From assembly GCA_043821445.1 (NCBI GenBank), contig JBDRCT010000036.1, positions 25,879 to 89,878 on the forward strand: 64,000 bases of DNA, read 5' to 3'. The translations under genes and the position numbers were made by a program. This DNA is from Candidatus Omnitrophota bacterium (lineage in GTDB: Bacteria; Omnitrophota; Omnitrophia; Omnitrophales; Aquincolibacteriaceae). Of the stretch, positions 1 through 9,538 are shown piece after piece. How positions within the stretch are numbered: position 1 is the first letter of the stretch; the number at the start of each line of letters is the position of its first letter. The notes beneath the pieces are model-generated. The model was given only the letters and a program-made list of their open reading frames with translations, had not been told where the DNA came from and searched no databases.

Positions 1-11
1 AAGACTGAACA

Positions 12-1475
12 TTATCCGCTTAATTTTCTTTTATCAAAATAAATCCGCATTTCTTTTAATCTAAGCCCATAGTTCTTAATTAAATTTTGCGATTCATTAA
101 GAAACCCTAAAAAAGACCATACAAAATAAATTCGTAATCTTTGTTGAAGCGCGTAGATTTCCTTTTCAGGCACTCTCTCCCCGGCATGAAGAATGGCGTT
201 TCGTAAATCATAATCAGTTCTAAATTTTGTTTTCCACGTGTATCTGTCAGCTGCATTGAACGCTATGAATAAAGAAGCGTTTTCCGCCAGTTCATTACTG
301 TAGCCGCGGCCCGCTTCGCTAGACAATGAAATTAATGCTTCAATCGATACAAACAAACTAATAATAAAATCGTTCGGCTCATCATCCAAATATGATTTTA
401 AAAACCAGTCCAGCGACCTTCTAATTTTTTTTACTAATTGAGAATTGTCATATTTTTCTATAAGCTCGTTAAACTCTTTCAGGCGAAATCTTTTTTCAAA
501 ATCTGACAAAATTACTTTGTCTATTTGCCATTTATGCCCCGTTACTCTTAATTGTGAAAAGCGCGTATCTATTTCCTTATAATCGTCTTTATTAATGATA
601 AAATAATTTTGCTCGCCTCTTGGTTTCTCATTAAAGTTAGTTGTTTTTAACTGTTCTGCATCTATATTTGCGCTTTTTTCCTTGACGTTATCGAAAAAGA
701 ATTTCGCACAATAAATATATGCAAATACAATTTTAAATTCGTCTACCGCTTTATCAAAAATGATGGATTGCTCTTCATCGTGATGAAATCCGCTGGCACA
801 AAAACTCATCAGTGCATATTTGTCTTTGTCTTTTAATAATTTCTCTTTGCTAATTCTGCAGCGAAACGAACCTGCAAGGGCTAATGCTAAAAGCGCGGAG
901 CCACCTTCTGTTTCCGGCAATGAATTTAAAAAATCATCTGTTACTGGACCTATTTCGACTTTTCCAATTTTAGCTGCTGAAATTTCTTTAAAATTAATTA
1001 AATCTGTTAATAAGACCGCCTTATATTCCTTAAACCCTTTTTCAAAAATTTCTCTGAAATCTCGTATAGCAAAATGAATGTCGTCCGCACTTAAATATTT
1101 GTCTAGAGTGTCATTTATTACGGTGCCTCTCTTTTTTATCAATTCATATATTTTTCTTATAACTCGGTCACAAACAGAATACAAAGAGCTATCATTAATT
1201 TTGCATTTCCAGTTTCCTTCTCCGTCTAAGCCTATTATTCTAAAAAAAGCACCAAGGCTCCAATATATGCGCCAATACTTTAAATTATCTGCAAAGCTGT
1301 ACTTGTCTACAATTTGTGTGCCTAAAAAATCTTTTCCTAGTTTTTCTTCAGGGCCGATTTCACTAAGGACTATCTTTAAGAATTTTTCAGCATTGCTATC
1401 AAAAACAGAACTAAAACTGATTGCGCTTTGGTCCGAAGATTGTTCTTTTTCTTGTTTTTCTGATGCCTCATTCAT
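12..1475 (-). CDS. Large hypothetical protein (about 487 aa) with a C-terminal Rx4H (HEPN-like) motif; last gene of the SIR2 operon
   Basis: ORF 12..1493. The preferred start is the ATG at 1475 (MNEAS...), preceded by AAAGGAAC on the minus strand. The C-terminus reads ...DLRNAILHAGE (R-x4-H, as in HEPN RNase motifs). It is co-oriented and tightly spaced with three upstream genes. AT-rich codon usage. Confidence 0.55.
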   Translation of the reverse strand: MNEASEKQEKEQSSDQSAISFSSVFDSNAEKFLKIVLSEIGPEEKLGKDFLGTQIVDKYSFADNLKYWRIYWSLGAFFRIIGLDGEGNWKCKINDSSLYSVCDRVIRKIYELIKKRGTVINDTLDKYLSADDIHFAIRDFREIFEKGFKEYKAVLLTDLINFKEISAAKIGKVEIGPVTDDFLNSLPETEGGSALLALALAGSFRCRISKEKLLKDKDKYALMSFCASGFHHDEEQSIIFDKAVDEFKIVFAYIYCAKFFFDNVKEKSANIDAEQLKTTNFNEKPRGEQNYFIINKDDYKEIDTRFSQLRVTGHKWQIDKVILSDFEKRFRLKEFNELIEKYDNSQLVKKIRRSLDWFLKSYLDDEPNDFIISLFVSIEALISLSSEAGRGYSNELAENASLFIAFNAADRYTWKTKFRTDYDLRNAILHAGERVPEKEIYALQQRLRIYFVWSFLGFLNESQNLIKNYGLRLKEMRIYFDKRKLSG

Positions 1476-1533
1476 AAAAGTTCCTTTATGCAAAATAAAA
1501 AAGCAGTTCCCCTCTTTTAAGTGGAACTCATAT

Positions 1534-1746
1534 CTATCTTTTATTCCTTTTCTCTATTTCCTCTAAGCGCATTTTGAAGTCATTCCAATAGTTTATAAAC
1601 TTCATAAGCTCTTCATCATTTGAACGTAATGCTGAGGCAATTGTTTCTTGTTCAATGGTGCCCGTAAGACCAAACACTCTTTTTATTGCCTCGCCTAGTT
1701 CATTCCATGTTTTTACTGCTTGCTTTTTCAAGTCTTCACGCGCCAT
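1534..1746 (-). CDS. Small 70-aa helical protein of unknown function (operon member)
   Basis: ORF MAREDLKKQAVKTWNELGEAIKRVF... lies between the TM/TPR gene and the HEPN-like gene on the same strand. Gaps are 40 to 60 bp. Confidence 0.5.
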   Translation of the reverse strand: MAREDLKKQAVKTWNELGEAIKRVFGLTGTIEQETIASALRSNDEELMKFINYWNDFKMRLEEIEKRNKR

Positions 1747-1808
1747 TTTCCCCTCCTTGTTTTTATATAAAAAAAGCGGTTCCCTCTGGCTCGATTAATA
1801 CTTCTATG

Positions 1809-3242
1809 CTATTCATTTTCTGGAATAGCCTCTACTTGAGACTGTTCGGTTTCCATCTCGGCAATGTATTTTTTAGCCATCTCTGACAAGATACGCATTT
1901 GAGCAAAAGCGATGCTCTCTTTTAAAAAAATATGGAATTCTTGGGCAGAAGCATTAAAGTTTCCAATAATTTTATTCAACAGACCAATCGCAAATCTAAA
2001 TTGGACTTTTCCAGGATGTATATCAAAATAATGGCTAATAAATGCTATGACTTCCATGTATATGCCGCCTGCGGCTTCGCGCCCAAAAGCCTCTTCGTAT
2101 TCAGAAACTGCATGTTCATATTTTTCCTCACATAAGTCCAAGAAGGCGCTAGATAACCATGCGCTGGCAACCGTTTTTGAATATTCTTTTGCCAATTCGA
2201 TATGCTCTCGCGATTTTGAAACGTTATCCAAAAAGAAATAAAAAGTGGCGGCGCATAAGTGTGCTTGCGCCCAGTTTAATTTTTCATTTAAAGCTCGATT
2301 CGTTCTATCTAAACAAAATTCTATGCTTTTTCTGTCTATATTGAATCCCTTTGGCCGAAATATGTTGGTCCGATATACTACTTTCGCAGAATTCAAATAC
2401 GCCTCGCGAAGAAAAAATAATATTTTTTCTTTAAAAAGATATCGCCATTTAAAGTTTTGAATCTTTTTTGTTTCGATATTTTGCTTGAGGTCTTCGAAAA
2501 CAGCGCTGGCATTTTCGTAATGCCCGTATAGAAACAAGATTAATCCTAAAATGTATAATGTTGTTTCTCTTAAATTTTTTGACATTACGTCTAAGTCTAG
2601 GCTTTCATTTTCCTCATTAATGCTCCATCTGCGCCCACCAATTCCCATGCCCACAGCAGCACATGTTTGAATTTTTGGCATTAGCTCCATAATGGGTATC
2701 TTGTAAGTGAAATGTATTTTTGGAAACGTATAAAGCTTCTTCTTTTTTTGAGAAGCGACGCTCATATATCCCCAAATTATTAAACAACAGTTACTTTTTG
2801 AACGGATTTCATTCGCTTGCTCGACTGTCTCAATGCAATAATTGGGTGGCAAAGTGACAAGGCGAATAGAGCCACCCAAAGAGACATTAACCAATTCTTC
2901 TTTAAGTCTTTCTCTCAAATCTCTTATGACCTTTTGAACTTCTTCAGAGCCTCTTGGTGAAAATAAAACAGCTATTTCGTTATTTTTAAAAATGGGCATT
3001 CTGCGACCAAGCAACCAAAAAACAATTATTATTGCTGATAATAAAAAAAAGCCTATCAAATGCCCTGTTGGTAGCAATCTTGGATTGCTTTTTAACCCAT
3101 CAAAAGTAATCTCCAAAAGGGGTTTAATATTTGCTGCGCCAAAATGATAAACAATATTCGCCAGTATAATGCTGACGAACAAGCCCCTCCCTCTGTACCA
3201 CTGCGAATTAATCCAATCAAAAACTTTTATGTAATCAAACAT
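1809..3242 (-). CDS. Membrane-anchored protein (2 N-terminal TM helices) with an alpha/beta segment and a TPR-like helical C-terminus; unknown function
   Basis: 477-aa ORF. Hydrophobic stretches GLFVSIILANIVYHFGAA and LIGFFLLSAIIIVFWLLG. Then a beta-alpha-beta pattern (IAVLFSPRG..IRLVTLP..CCLIIWG). Then helical repeats. It sits immediately downstream of the SIR2-like gene. Confidence 0.55.
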   Translation of the reverse strand: MFDYIKVFDWINSQWYRGRGLFVSIILANIVYHFGAANIKPLLEITFDGLKSNPRLLPTGHLIGFFLLSAIIIVFWLLGRRMPIFKNNEIAVLFSPRGSEEVQKVIRDLRERLKEELVNVSLGGSIRLVTLPPNYCIETVEQANEIRSKSNCCLIIWGYMSVASQKKKKLYTFPKIHFTYKIPIMELMPKIQTCAAVGMGIGGRRWSINEENESLDLDVMSKNLRETTLYILGLILFLYGHYENASAVFEDLKQNIETKKIQNFKWRYLFKEKILFFLREAYLNSAKVVYRTNIFRPKGFNIDRKSIEFCLDRTNRALNEKLNWAQAHLCAATFYFFLDNVSKSREHIELAKEYSKTVASAWLSSAFLDLCEEKYEHAVSEYEEAFGREAAGGIYMEVIAFISHYFDIHPGKVQFRFAIGLLNKIIGNFNASAQEFHIFLKESIAFAQMRILSEMAKKYIAEMETEQSQVEAIPENE

Positions 3243-3356
3243 TGGTAGTTACCTCTCATGGGATACAAAAAAGGCGGCTCCCCTATTAAGAGAACCGCCC
3301 TCAATAATTCAAAATTCAAGACGCCCTTCAGGGCTTATTGCTGGGTAGTATAAACC

Positions 3357-4535
3357 TCATTTTTGTGAGTCGCTAGGGAAAGAAGAGAGCGAATCTGTAT
3401 ATTCTTTTAATCGCTTTTTTTCTATTTCAGTTATGATGCTTAACCGTCTGTCAAAAACTATGTTTGCTATTCGCTGAATGTATTTATCGCTGCAATTTAA
3501 TAGCTTCTCTTTAAATGGGAAAAATGCTTTCTCGGTCGCTTTTTTTTCATTAACAACATCCACGAATCTTTTATATGTCATGCAAACAAACCATATTTTG
3601 TCATGGCAATATTTTTTATAATGAGCCTCCATGTTTTCGTCCGGGTTGATTACCGTTATCCTCTCTTTCCCGGCCAACCTCTCGTCTTCATCTGCAACCG
3701 CAAAGTATGGATAACCGCTAAATAAAACCCTGCTCATTGTATCTTCTTTAGGAAAAGAATAGCCAATGTAAGTTTTATTAAGTGAATTACGTAATAAAGA
3801 GTAAGCGCTTGCCCACAAATCTTTTATAGGAATAAACAACTCATCTTTTTGGAGCAGTGGGGGTATAAAAAATGCCTCTTGGCCTTTCTCTTCGAACTCA
3901 TTGCGAAGTAGCTTTTGGCAAGCTCTAATCAAATATTTTGTTCTTTTACCATCGTCGTATTGGAGTATCTTTGTATAAAAAGCCGCATCCTTGGGTAATT
4001 CATCTACTGAAAACCAATCGATTGAACCATGTAATTTAAGTATTACGATATCTTGTTTTGTGATATTAAACCTGAATTCATATTTCTTCTGAATTTTATC
4101 AAGCTGTTTTTCAATAAGATTATCCCAATTAAATGTTATTACAGCATCTCCGGGTTTTAGCCTTTGGCAAAATTGATTCAGATATTGCTCGTTTTCAGAT
4201 TTGAAGTTTTCTATTTTCTTATCTAAAAGTCGACCGATTTCAAGATGGAATTCTTTTTTGAAATCGCTTACATATTTGAACAATGGGACGCCTAGAAGTT
4301 CATAGTAGTTTATTAATGAACGAAAATAATTATAAAAATCTTCCACATTAGGGTAATTCGCCAAGGCTGTTCTGAAGGAAGGATAAAAATTTATGCAGGT
4401 TGTATTAATTTTGTCAGCAAACGTTTCGCTGGTTCCATTGTTCACTAGCATCCCAAGAAATTCATTGGCTAGCGGTAAATCAAATGTCTTTGAGAAGCCA
4501 GCCCCTAGAATGTAGACGGTTCTATTTATGCTCAT
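3357..4535 (-). CDS. SIR2-like (DHS-like NAD-binding fold) protein, defence-type NADase family
   Basis: 392 aa. N-terminal YILGAGFS (GAGxS NAD-binding motif), ITFNWDNLIE (T-x-N-x-D) and LKLHGSIDW (catalytic His), in the order typical of SIR2_2/ThsA-type SIR2 domains. GGAGGG RBS 8 nt upstream. Confidence 0.75.
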   Translation of the reverse strand: MSINRTVYILGAGFSKTFDLPLANEFLGMLVNNGTSETFADKINTTCINFYPSFRTALANYPNVEDFYNYFRSLINYYELLGVPLFKYVSDFKKEFHLEIGRLLDKKIENFKSENEQYLNQFCQRLKPGDAVITFNWDNLIEKQLDKIQKKYEFRFNITKQDIVILKLHGSIDWFSVDELPKDAAFYTKILQYDDGKRTKYLIRACQKLLRNEFEEKGQEAFFIPPLLQKDELFIPIKDLWASAYSLLRNSLNKTYIGYSFPKEDTMSRVLFSGYPYFAVADEDERLAGKERITVINPDENMEAHYKKYCHDKIWFVCMTYKRFVDVVNEKKATEKAFFPFKEKLLNCSDKYIQRIANIVFDRRLSIITEIEKKRLKEYTDSLSSFPSDSQK

Positions 4536-4689
4536 TTGGGTAATATACCCTCCAATTTTTCTTTGAGCCAGAGAAAGCTACAGCCGATACCCTTTAGCTC
4601 AAAATAAGTGATTTTGCTAAAGACCTTAATCCCCTAGACCCTGCCGTAGGGAAAAGTTTGAGTAGTGGCTTTTGAAGGGACGATTTTTT

Positions 4690-4750
4690 GTTATGGCTAT
4701 GACGGTATTCCCGAACATCATTGAGCCTTAAATCGCTTTTAATGGCCGAA
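4690..4750. repeat. Left copy of imperfect direct repeat (att-like); perfect 20-bp core CTTAAATCGCTTTTAATGGC at 4731..4750
   Basis: TTATGGCTAT...CTTAAATCGCTTTTAATGGC recurs at 12364..12429. The integrase gene ends 170 bp to the right. Confidence 0.55.
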
Positions 4751-4916
4751 TTTTGTTTTCCTTAAAATCGATAGAAAGAAACAGTAGGTAGTATATTGAA
4801 AAGAATTGAGACCTCGCTAAATTCGACCCGTACCCTCTAGGAGATAAAGGGGGCAATCTGACTCTTAGTCAGATGCTCTTTGGGGCTTGAGGGAAAAACG
4901 AAAGGATATAACCCTC

Positions 4917-5993
4917 TTAATTTGAGGCGGTTGCGGTAACGTTTGCCGAGGGAGTATTTGGGGTAACGGCTTCTGGTGACTTATTGGTGACTATATTTTT
5001 CCCGAGTAGGGCTACAGCTTTATTCTTGTGGGACTGGCTGAGATGGGAGTACCTGAGGGTCATTTCTAAGGATTTATGCCCGAGCAGTTCTCGGATAGTA
5101 TTAAGGTCTACGCCACTCATAGCCAAATGAGAAGCGAAAGTATGTCGAAGGTCGTGAAATCGAAAATCTTCTATCTTTGATTTCTTCAGAGCGGTCTGAA
5201 AAGCCTTTCTAAAATTAAACGGTTTCCCGTCCTCTCCGCAAAAGACATAGCTGCTTTCAGAATGCCGTTTAATCGATGCGAGAGCTTTCCTGATATTTAG
5301 ATTAAGCGGACAGTATCGTTTTTCATCGTTTTTTGTCTGCATCAAGGCAATTACTTCGTTCACATAATCAACATCTTCCCACTTCAGACCTTGAATCTCT
5401 CCCTTTCTCATCCCTGTATTAAGAGCAACTTCAACAATCGCTCTTAGCTTCGGAGAACAGTGCCCTAGTAGAATTTGAATCTCTTCCTTGGACAAAAATC
5501 TAAGCCTCCGGTTATCCTCTTTAAAAAATTTCACCTTCTTGACCGGATTTTCGGTCGCTTTCCCCCATTCCACTGCTTTTGAATACATCACCTTTAGACA
5601 AGCGAGCTCCCGGTTAACAGTAGCCTTACAAACGGTTTTAAGCCGTTCTTCCCGGTATCTTTCAATCATCAGCGGAGTAATTTCATAGAGATACCTTTTA
5701 CCAAACGGAGGCATGAGACGATTCAGGATAGTCTTATCTGTTTTCTCCCATGACTTTTTATTTGGTTTAGCATAGAGCTCAAGGTAATCACCCGCGAAGT
5801 CTTTGAATCTTATTTTTTTGAGCTGCTTAATGTCTAGGTGCCTATTTTCAATTACCTCAACTTCCCGTTTCATTAAGACAGCCTGAGCTTGCTTTTTGCT
5901 ACGCCCTATCTTCTGGCGCATTCTTCTTCCTTGAGCGTCGTAGTAATCGATATACCAATCTTCTCCTCTGTTCTTCCTCTGATAAATTCCCAT
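4917..5993 (-). CDS. int: Tyrosine recombinase / phage-type integrase
   Basis: 358 aa. The C-terminus carries the catalytic signature ...HDLRHTFASHLAMSGVDLNTIRELLGHKSLEMTLRYSHL (R..HxxR..Y). N-terminal SAM-like region. Confidence 0.9.
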   Translation of the reverse strand: MGIYQRKNRGEDWYIDYYDAQGRRMRQKIGRSKKQAQAVLMKREVEVIENRHLDIKQLKKIRFKDFAGDYLELYAKPNKKSWEKTDKTILNRLMPPFGKRYLYEITPLMIERYREERLKTVCKATVNRELACLKVMYSKAVEWGKATENPVKKVKFFKEDNRRLRFLSKEEIQILLGHCSPKLRAIVEVALNTGMRKGEIQGLKWEDVDYVNEVIALMQTKNDEKRYCPLNLNIRKALASIKRHSESSYVFCGEDGKPFNFRKAFQTALKKSKIEDFRFHDLRHTFASHLAMSGVDLNTIRELLGHKSLEMTLRYSHLSQSHKNKAVALLGKNIVTNKSPEAVTPNTPSANVTATASN

Positions 5994-6054
5994 TGTCCTT
6001 ATCTCCTTTTCCTAGAATTTGATGCAAAGTAAGCATTATTGTTATTAATTATAG

Positions 6055-6261
6055 TCATATTATACTTGCTGATATTGAATAGTCAATAACTGGATGGATT
6101 CTTTCATCTAGCCATTTTTCGATATCCGTGCGCTTGAACCTGAGAAGCCTTCCGACTTTAACGAAGGGTATTTCTCGCTTGTGAATCCATGAGTAAAGTG
6201 TGTTGGGGCGAATTTTTAAATAATCCGATACTTCCGTAGGGGTCATTAGCTCTGACTGCAC
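6055..6261 (-). CDS. xis: Excisionase-family / AlpA-like HTH DNA-binding protein
   Basis: 68 aa. TPTEVSDYLKIRPNTLYSWIHKREIPFVKVGRLLRFKRTDIEKWL matches the excisionase-family HTH pattern. It lies directly upstream of int. Confidence 0.7.
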   Translation of the reverse strand: MQSELMTPTEVSDYLKIRPNTLYSWIHKREIPFVKVGRLLRFKRTDIEKWLDERIHPVIDYSISASII

Positions 6262-6439
6262 TGTTCGTTGTTATCCTTTCTGATAATCATTTGGCGCCTA
6301 TAAGGCTTGGTATAATCTATAAAGACTTCATTTTCTGAAGAATGTAAGAATAACCGGCCTAGGCTACGAGTATTCAAAAACTGAAGCGTAAGGGGTCCTC
6401 TGATGGCACTTGACGCTTTATTTATTGACGAATGACACT

Positions 6440-6781
6440 TCATAACTTGAACCTAGAAATTGCATTGTCGTACCTCCCAGTAAGTTTGTAATAAGTGGTA
6501 AATCTATACTTACCTCCAACCGTCCGGCTTCTTTCAATCCACTCTTTCTGTTCCAGCCCCTTAAAAGCTTTGGCAATAGTCGCAGAGGCCATAATGTCTT
6601 CCATCTCACTGTAGTGGAGGCAAATATCGCCGTTATTGGCCCCGTTGAATTTATACTTAAGATGGATATATAAAATTTTCTCGGAAGAAGTAAGTCCGCT
6701 CCTCCACGCTGGGTTTTTTAAAAGTTCACGCTCTAAAGCCACAAAAGGTTTAAATTGATTTTTCCTTTTATTTGCTCCCAT
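6440..6781 (-). CDS. Hypothetical 113-aa protein of the integrative element
   Basis: Clean minus-strand ORF between xis and the iteron-like repeats. No recognisable motif. Confidence 0.4.
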   Translation of the reverse strand: MGANKRKNQFKPFVALERELLKNPAWRSGLTSSEKILYIHLKYKFNGANNGDICLHYSEMEDIMASATIAKAFKGLEQKEWIERSRTVGGKYRFTTYYKLTGRYDNAISRFKL

Positions 6782-7077
6782 TTTTATCTCTTTTCAGATT
6801 TATGTATCTTTACGCTCCCGTTTGAATTTTTAGCATTGTTAATACCGTTCGTCCTTTAACGGATTTGAGCCCTTGTAATAGCCCAGGATTACAACAATCC
6901 TCTGGGCAAGGGTTAGGCTATTTTTTTTAAAGAAGCCGAGCCGTTTGAAAATGAGGACAAACCAAAATCTTCATGGCAGCGTGTTGTTTGCAAACGCAAG
7001 CGCATTGCTGGCACTTAGGATTAACCTTATTAGGTTTGCCCTTATAAAATCGGATATACTCCTTTTTCCCCATACGT

Positions 7078-7215
7078 TATGACCTCCTCTCCTAACCTTG
7101 TTAAGTATCAAAAAGGGGTGACAAGACTCCCCTTATGAGAAAAGAGATAGCACCTCTCCTACTAAGGATAAGTGTCAAAGAGGTATGACAAGAAATGAGG
7201 GGAAAAGAAAAAAGA
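7078..7215. repeat. Two ~45-bp imperfect direct repeats (iteron-like)
   Basis: CCTCTCCTAaccttgtTAAGTaTCAAAaAGGgGTGACAAGA and CCTCTCCTActaaggaTAAGTgTCAAAgAGGtATGACAAGA are adjacent. They lie between the 385-aa and 113-aa genes. Confidence 0.5.
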
Positions 7216-7237
7216 GAGAGGGAAAAGGTTGTTGAAC

Positions 7238-8395
7238 TTATTTTTTCTTAAAAAAATTAACGCAAGTGAGGGCTTGCTTCGCAGAGTAGACGCATTTCGA
7301 ATTTACTAGTTCCGGCTTAGGGATATTTCCTTTATGCGAGTGTCTAATAAGCGTTCTCTCTGAAACTTTTAATTTTTCAGCTAACTTCTCACGGCTTACA
7401 AAATTTTTGGGTGGTTCTCGTCTTACTCTTTGTCTTACTAGTTCTAGCAAAGGTGCATAGTCACAAGGTCTGTAAATTCTACAATACCTTCTTCCTTTTA
7501 GCTCCCATTCGGATTTGTAAATACCATTTATGTCCAAATTTCTAAGTGTCTGGGGAGAACAATGAACATAAGCAGCCATTTGCTTAACCAATATTTCTTG
7601 ATTCTCATCAGGAAAGTGCGAAATTGGCATGGGAGCAATCGCTCGTCTGTTTTTTTGTTGTATTTTTCCTCTTTCATTGTTCACAATTTCGTAGCAATCA
7701 CTCTCTGATGGTTTTCTCTCAAAAGCATTTCTTAGAGAATGCGCTTTTCGCCGAAGAAGCCCTATAATCCATTCCATAGCTCTAAAACGTTTGTTCTCCG
7801 AAATTTTTTTACATGCTTCCAAGATTACAGAATAAACTTCGCCTTCAGTAAAAACCTGATAATTCTTTTTTATAAGGGGAGTTACACCCCTATCAAGCTT
7901 TTCACGGATTCTTTTTATTGCGCATTCATCTTTCTTACTCGCGCGAAGAACCAAATCATAGTCTAAAGAAACTAAATCCTTCGCTAACTTAACAGCGCCT
8001 TCACAAAATTGTTTTAATCGCTTTTCAAAGTTTGCGTTTTGGGTAATGACATATTTGGAAAACGGATGCATCTTTCCGTTTTTAATAGACTTTTGCCTGT
8101 TAAAAAGGCTGGCTATGGTTTGGCGTCGCATTTCCGCAAATCTGAGCCTTCTTAACTTGGTTTTTACTAGAGCCTTTATTAATGATTTTTTCTTTCCTTC
8201 TTTCGATATATAAAATTTTAACCATGCGCACTTTTTTCTTAATCTATTTTCTTCTTCTATGATTGAATTTAATGCATTCTTCTGAGCTTGCCCCGATAGG
8301 AAGTAATCGCTTGCTTCTTTGAAGTGTTTATCTTTTTTGTAGGCATCGAATAGACTTTTGGTGCTTTTATCCATATTACCTCTAATTTTGGACAA
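7238..8395 (-). CDS. Hypothetical 385-aa basic protein with C-terminal HTH-like segment; possible replication/regulatory protein of the element
   Basis: K/R-rich ORF. The C-terminal REKLAEKLKVSERTLIRHSHKGNIP resembles an HTH. It is adjacent to the iteron-like repeats. Confidence 0.4.
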   Translation of the reverse strand: MSKIRGNMDKSTKSLFDAYKKDKHFKEASDYFLSGQAQKNALNSIIEEENRLRKKCAWLKFYISKEGKKKSLIKALVKTKLRRLRFAEMRRQTIASLFNRQKSIKNGKMHPFSKYVITQNANFEKRLKQFCEGAVKLAKDLVSLDYDLVLRASKKDECAIKRIREKLDRGVTPLIKKNYQVFTEGEVYSVILEACKKISENKRFRAMEWIIGLLRRKAHSLRNAFERKPSESDCYEIVNNERGKIQQKNRRAIAPMPISHFPDENQEILVKQMAAYVHCSPQTLRNLDINGIYKSEWELKGRRYCRIYRPCDYAPLLELVRQRVRREPPKNFVSREKLAEKLKVSERTLIRHSHKGNIPKPELVNSKCVYSAKQALTCVNFFKKK

Positions 8396-8561
8396 TTATA
8401 GCAAGGAACGACTGGAAGTACCGTCTCAAAAGAGGCTAGCGTTGATATTTACGAGGGGATATAGAGAAAGGGAAATATTTAACTTCGGAAAAAAAGGATT
8501 AATTTTTAACCGTAGAGTTATCAAAATTCGACCGTCTTCTCATCGATATTTAACCGAAAGG

Positions 8562-8813
8562 CTACCGAGATAACGCGCCGGAGAGAAATAACCAAATTCC
8601 ATATACTATAATTGAAAGCACTAAGCCAATTATGCTAGTAATTAAACCACCTGTTGCGATACCATTAGGAAATTTTTTTATTTGCTTCGTCGAAAAAACA
8701 ATCCCCGAAACGCCAATTGCGATACCTACTAAACCGATTAATGGCCCAATGATAATGCTTAAAATTCCTAGCACCAAGCCTGCTATCCCGAAACCATTTT
8801 GATTTTTCTTCAC
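8562..8813 (-). CDS. Small polytopic membrane protein (83 aa)
   Basis: Gly/Ile-rich hydrophobic helices (GIAGLVLGILSIIIGPLIGLVGIAIG...). Confidence 0.45.
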   Translation of the reverse strand: MKKNQNGFGIAGLVLGILSIIIGPLIGLVGIAIGVSGIVFSTKQIKKFPNGIATGGLITSIIGLVLSIIVYGIWLFLSGALSR

Positions 8814-8977
8814 GCGATTTTTCCTCCCAACTCCCAGGACAGGAGTCCAACCACAGCTAAAATTATGACTGGCGATATCAAGGCCATATCCATCATTTTA
8901 ATTTGCTTCGTTAAAGATTTTTCCTTCGGAATATTTTGAATTTCTTCGGCACAATACGGACATTTTTTTGTCCCCAT
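8810..8977 (-). CDS. Small zinc-ribbon plus single-TM protein
   Basis: MGTKKCPYCAEEIQ..., then a hydrophobic helix. GGGAG RBS upstream of the ATG at 8977. Confidence 0.4.
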   Translation of the reverse strand: MGTKKCPYCAEEIQNIPKEKSLTKQIKMMDMALISPVIILAVVGLLSWELGGKIA

Positions 8978-9002
8978 AGTTTTTCTCCCTTTTTTCTTAT
9001 TT

Positions 9003-9524
9003 TTAAACCTGATGCCGCTCTGAGTGCCGCTGATGTTTGTTCCAGTTATCACGGTATTTTTTTGCTAAGATTTTATCTTGAACCACCAAAAGATTTTCCG
9101 CATTTTTGTCTTCTGCTGTGTTGGTGAAGTTGAAAGACCCTGTTATCACAATAACTTCGTCAATAATCATAACTTTGTTGTGTGCTATCGAGTGTTTGCT
9201 ATCTATGCTTACAGGCACCCCAGTTTCTATCAATAAATTTAGTTTGCTTCCCTTAGCGTGTTTTTGACTTTTGTCGAGTAAAATTTTTACTCTCACACCC
9301 CTTTTGTGGGCATTTACAAGAGCCTCTGCTATCGGTTGCGATGTGAAAGAATATGCCTGAACAAGAATTGAGGTTTGGGCTTGGTCTATAGCGTCAACAA
9401 TAGCTTGGGTACAACCGCCTTTAGGAGAAAAGTATGCGTGAGGAACTGCATCAACAGCAGGAAGAAACGGAAAAAAATGGCTGCTTAGTAATAGTAGAAC
9501 AAGAACTGTTTTTTTAATTTTCAT
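9003..9524 (-). CDS. Secreted phospholipase-D-superfamily endonuclease (Nuc-like)
   Basis: Signal peptide MKIKKTVLVLLLLSS. PLD HKD motif HNKVMIID (H-x-K-x4-D) followed by GSFNFT. Size (173 aa) is typical of Nuc. Confidence 0.75.
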   Translation of the reverse strand: MKIKKTVLVLLLLSSHFFPFLPAVDAVPHAYFSPKGGCTQAIVDAIDQAQTSILVQAYSFTSQPIAEALVNAHKRGVRVKILLDKSQKHAKGSKLNLLIETGVPVSIDSKHSIAHNKVMIIDEVIVITGSFNFTNTAEDKNAENLLVVQDKILAKKYRDNWNKHQRHSERHQV

Positions 9525-9538
9525 GCTGCAGCTTATTG

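Noticed and set aside
6246-6609. Two overlapping small minus-strand ORFs (65 and 63 aa)
   Set aside because: They overlap each other and the 113-aa gene. No motifs or RBS. Likely non-coding spacer/promoter region of the element.
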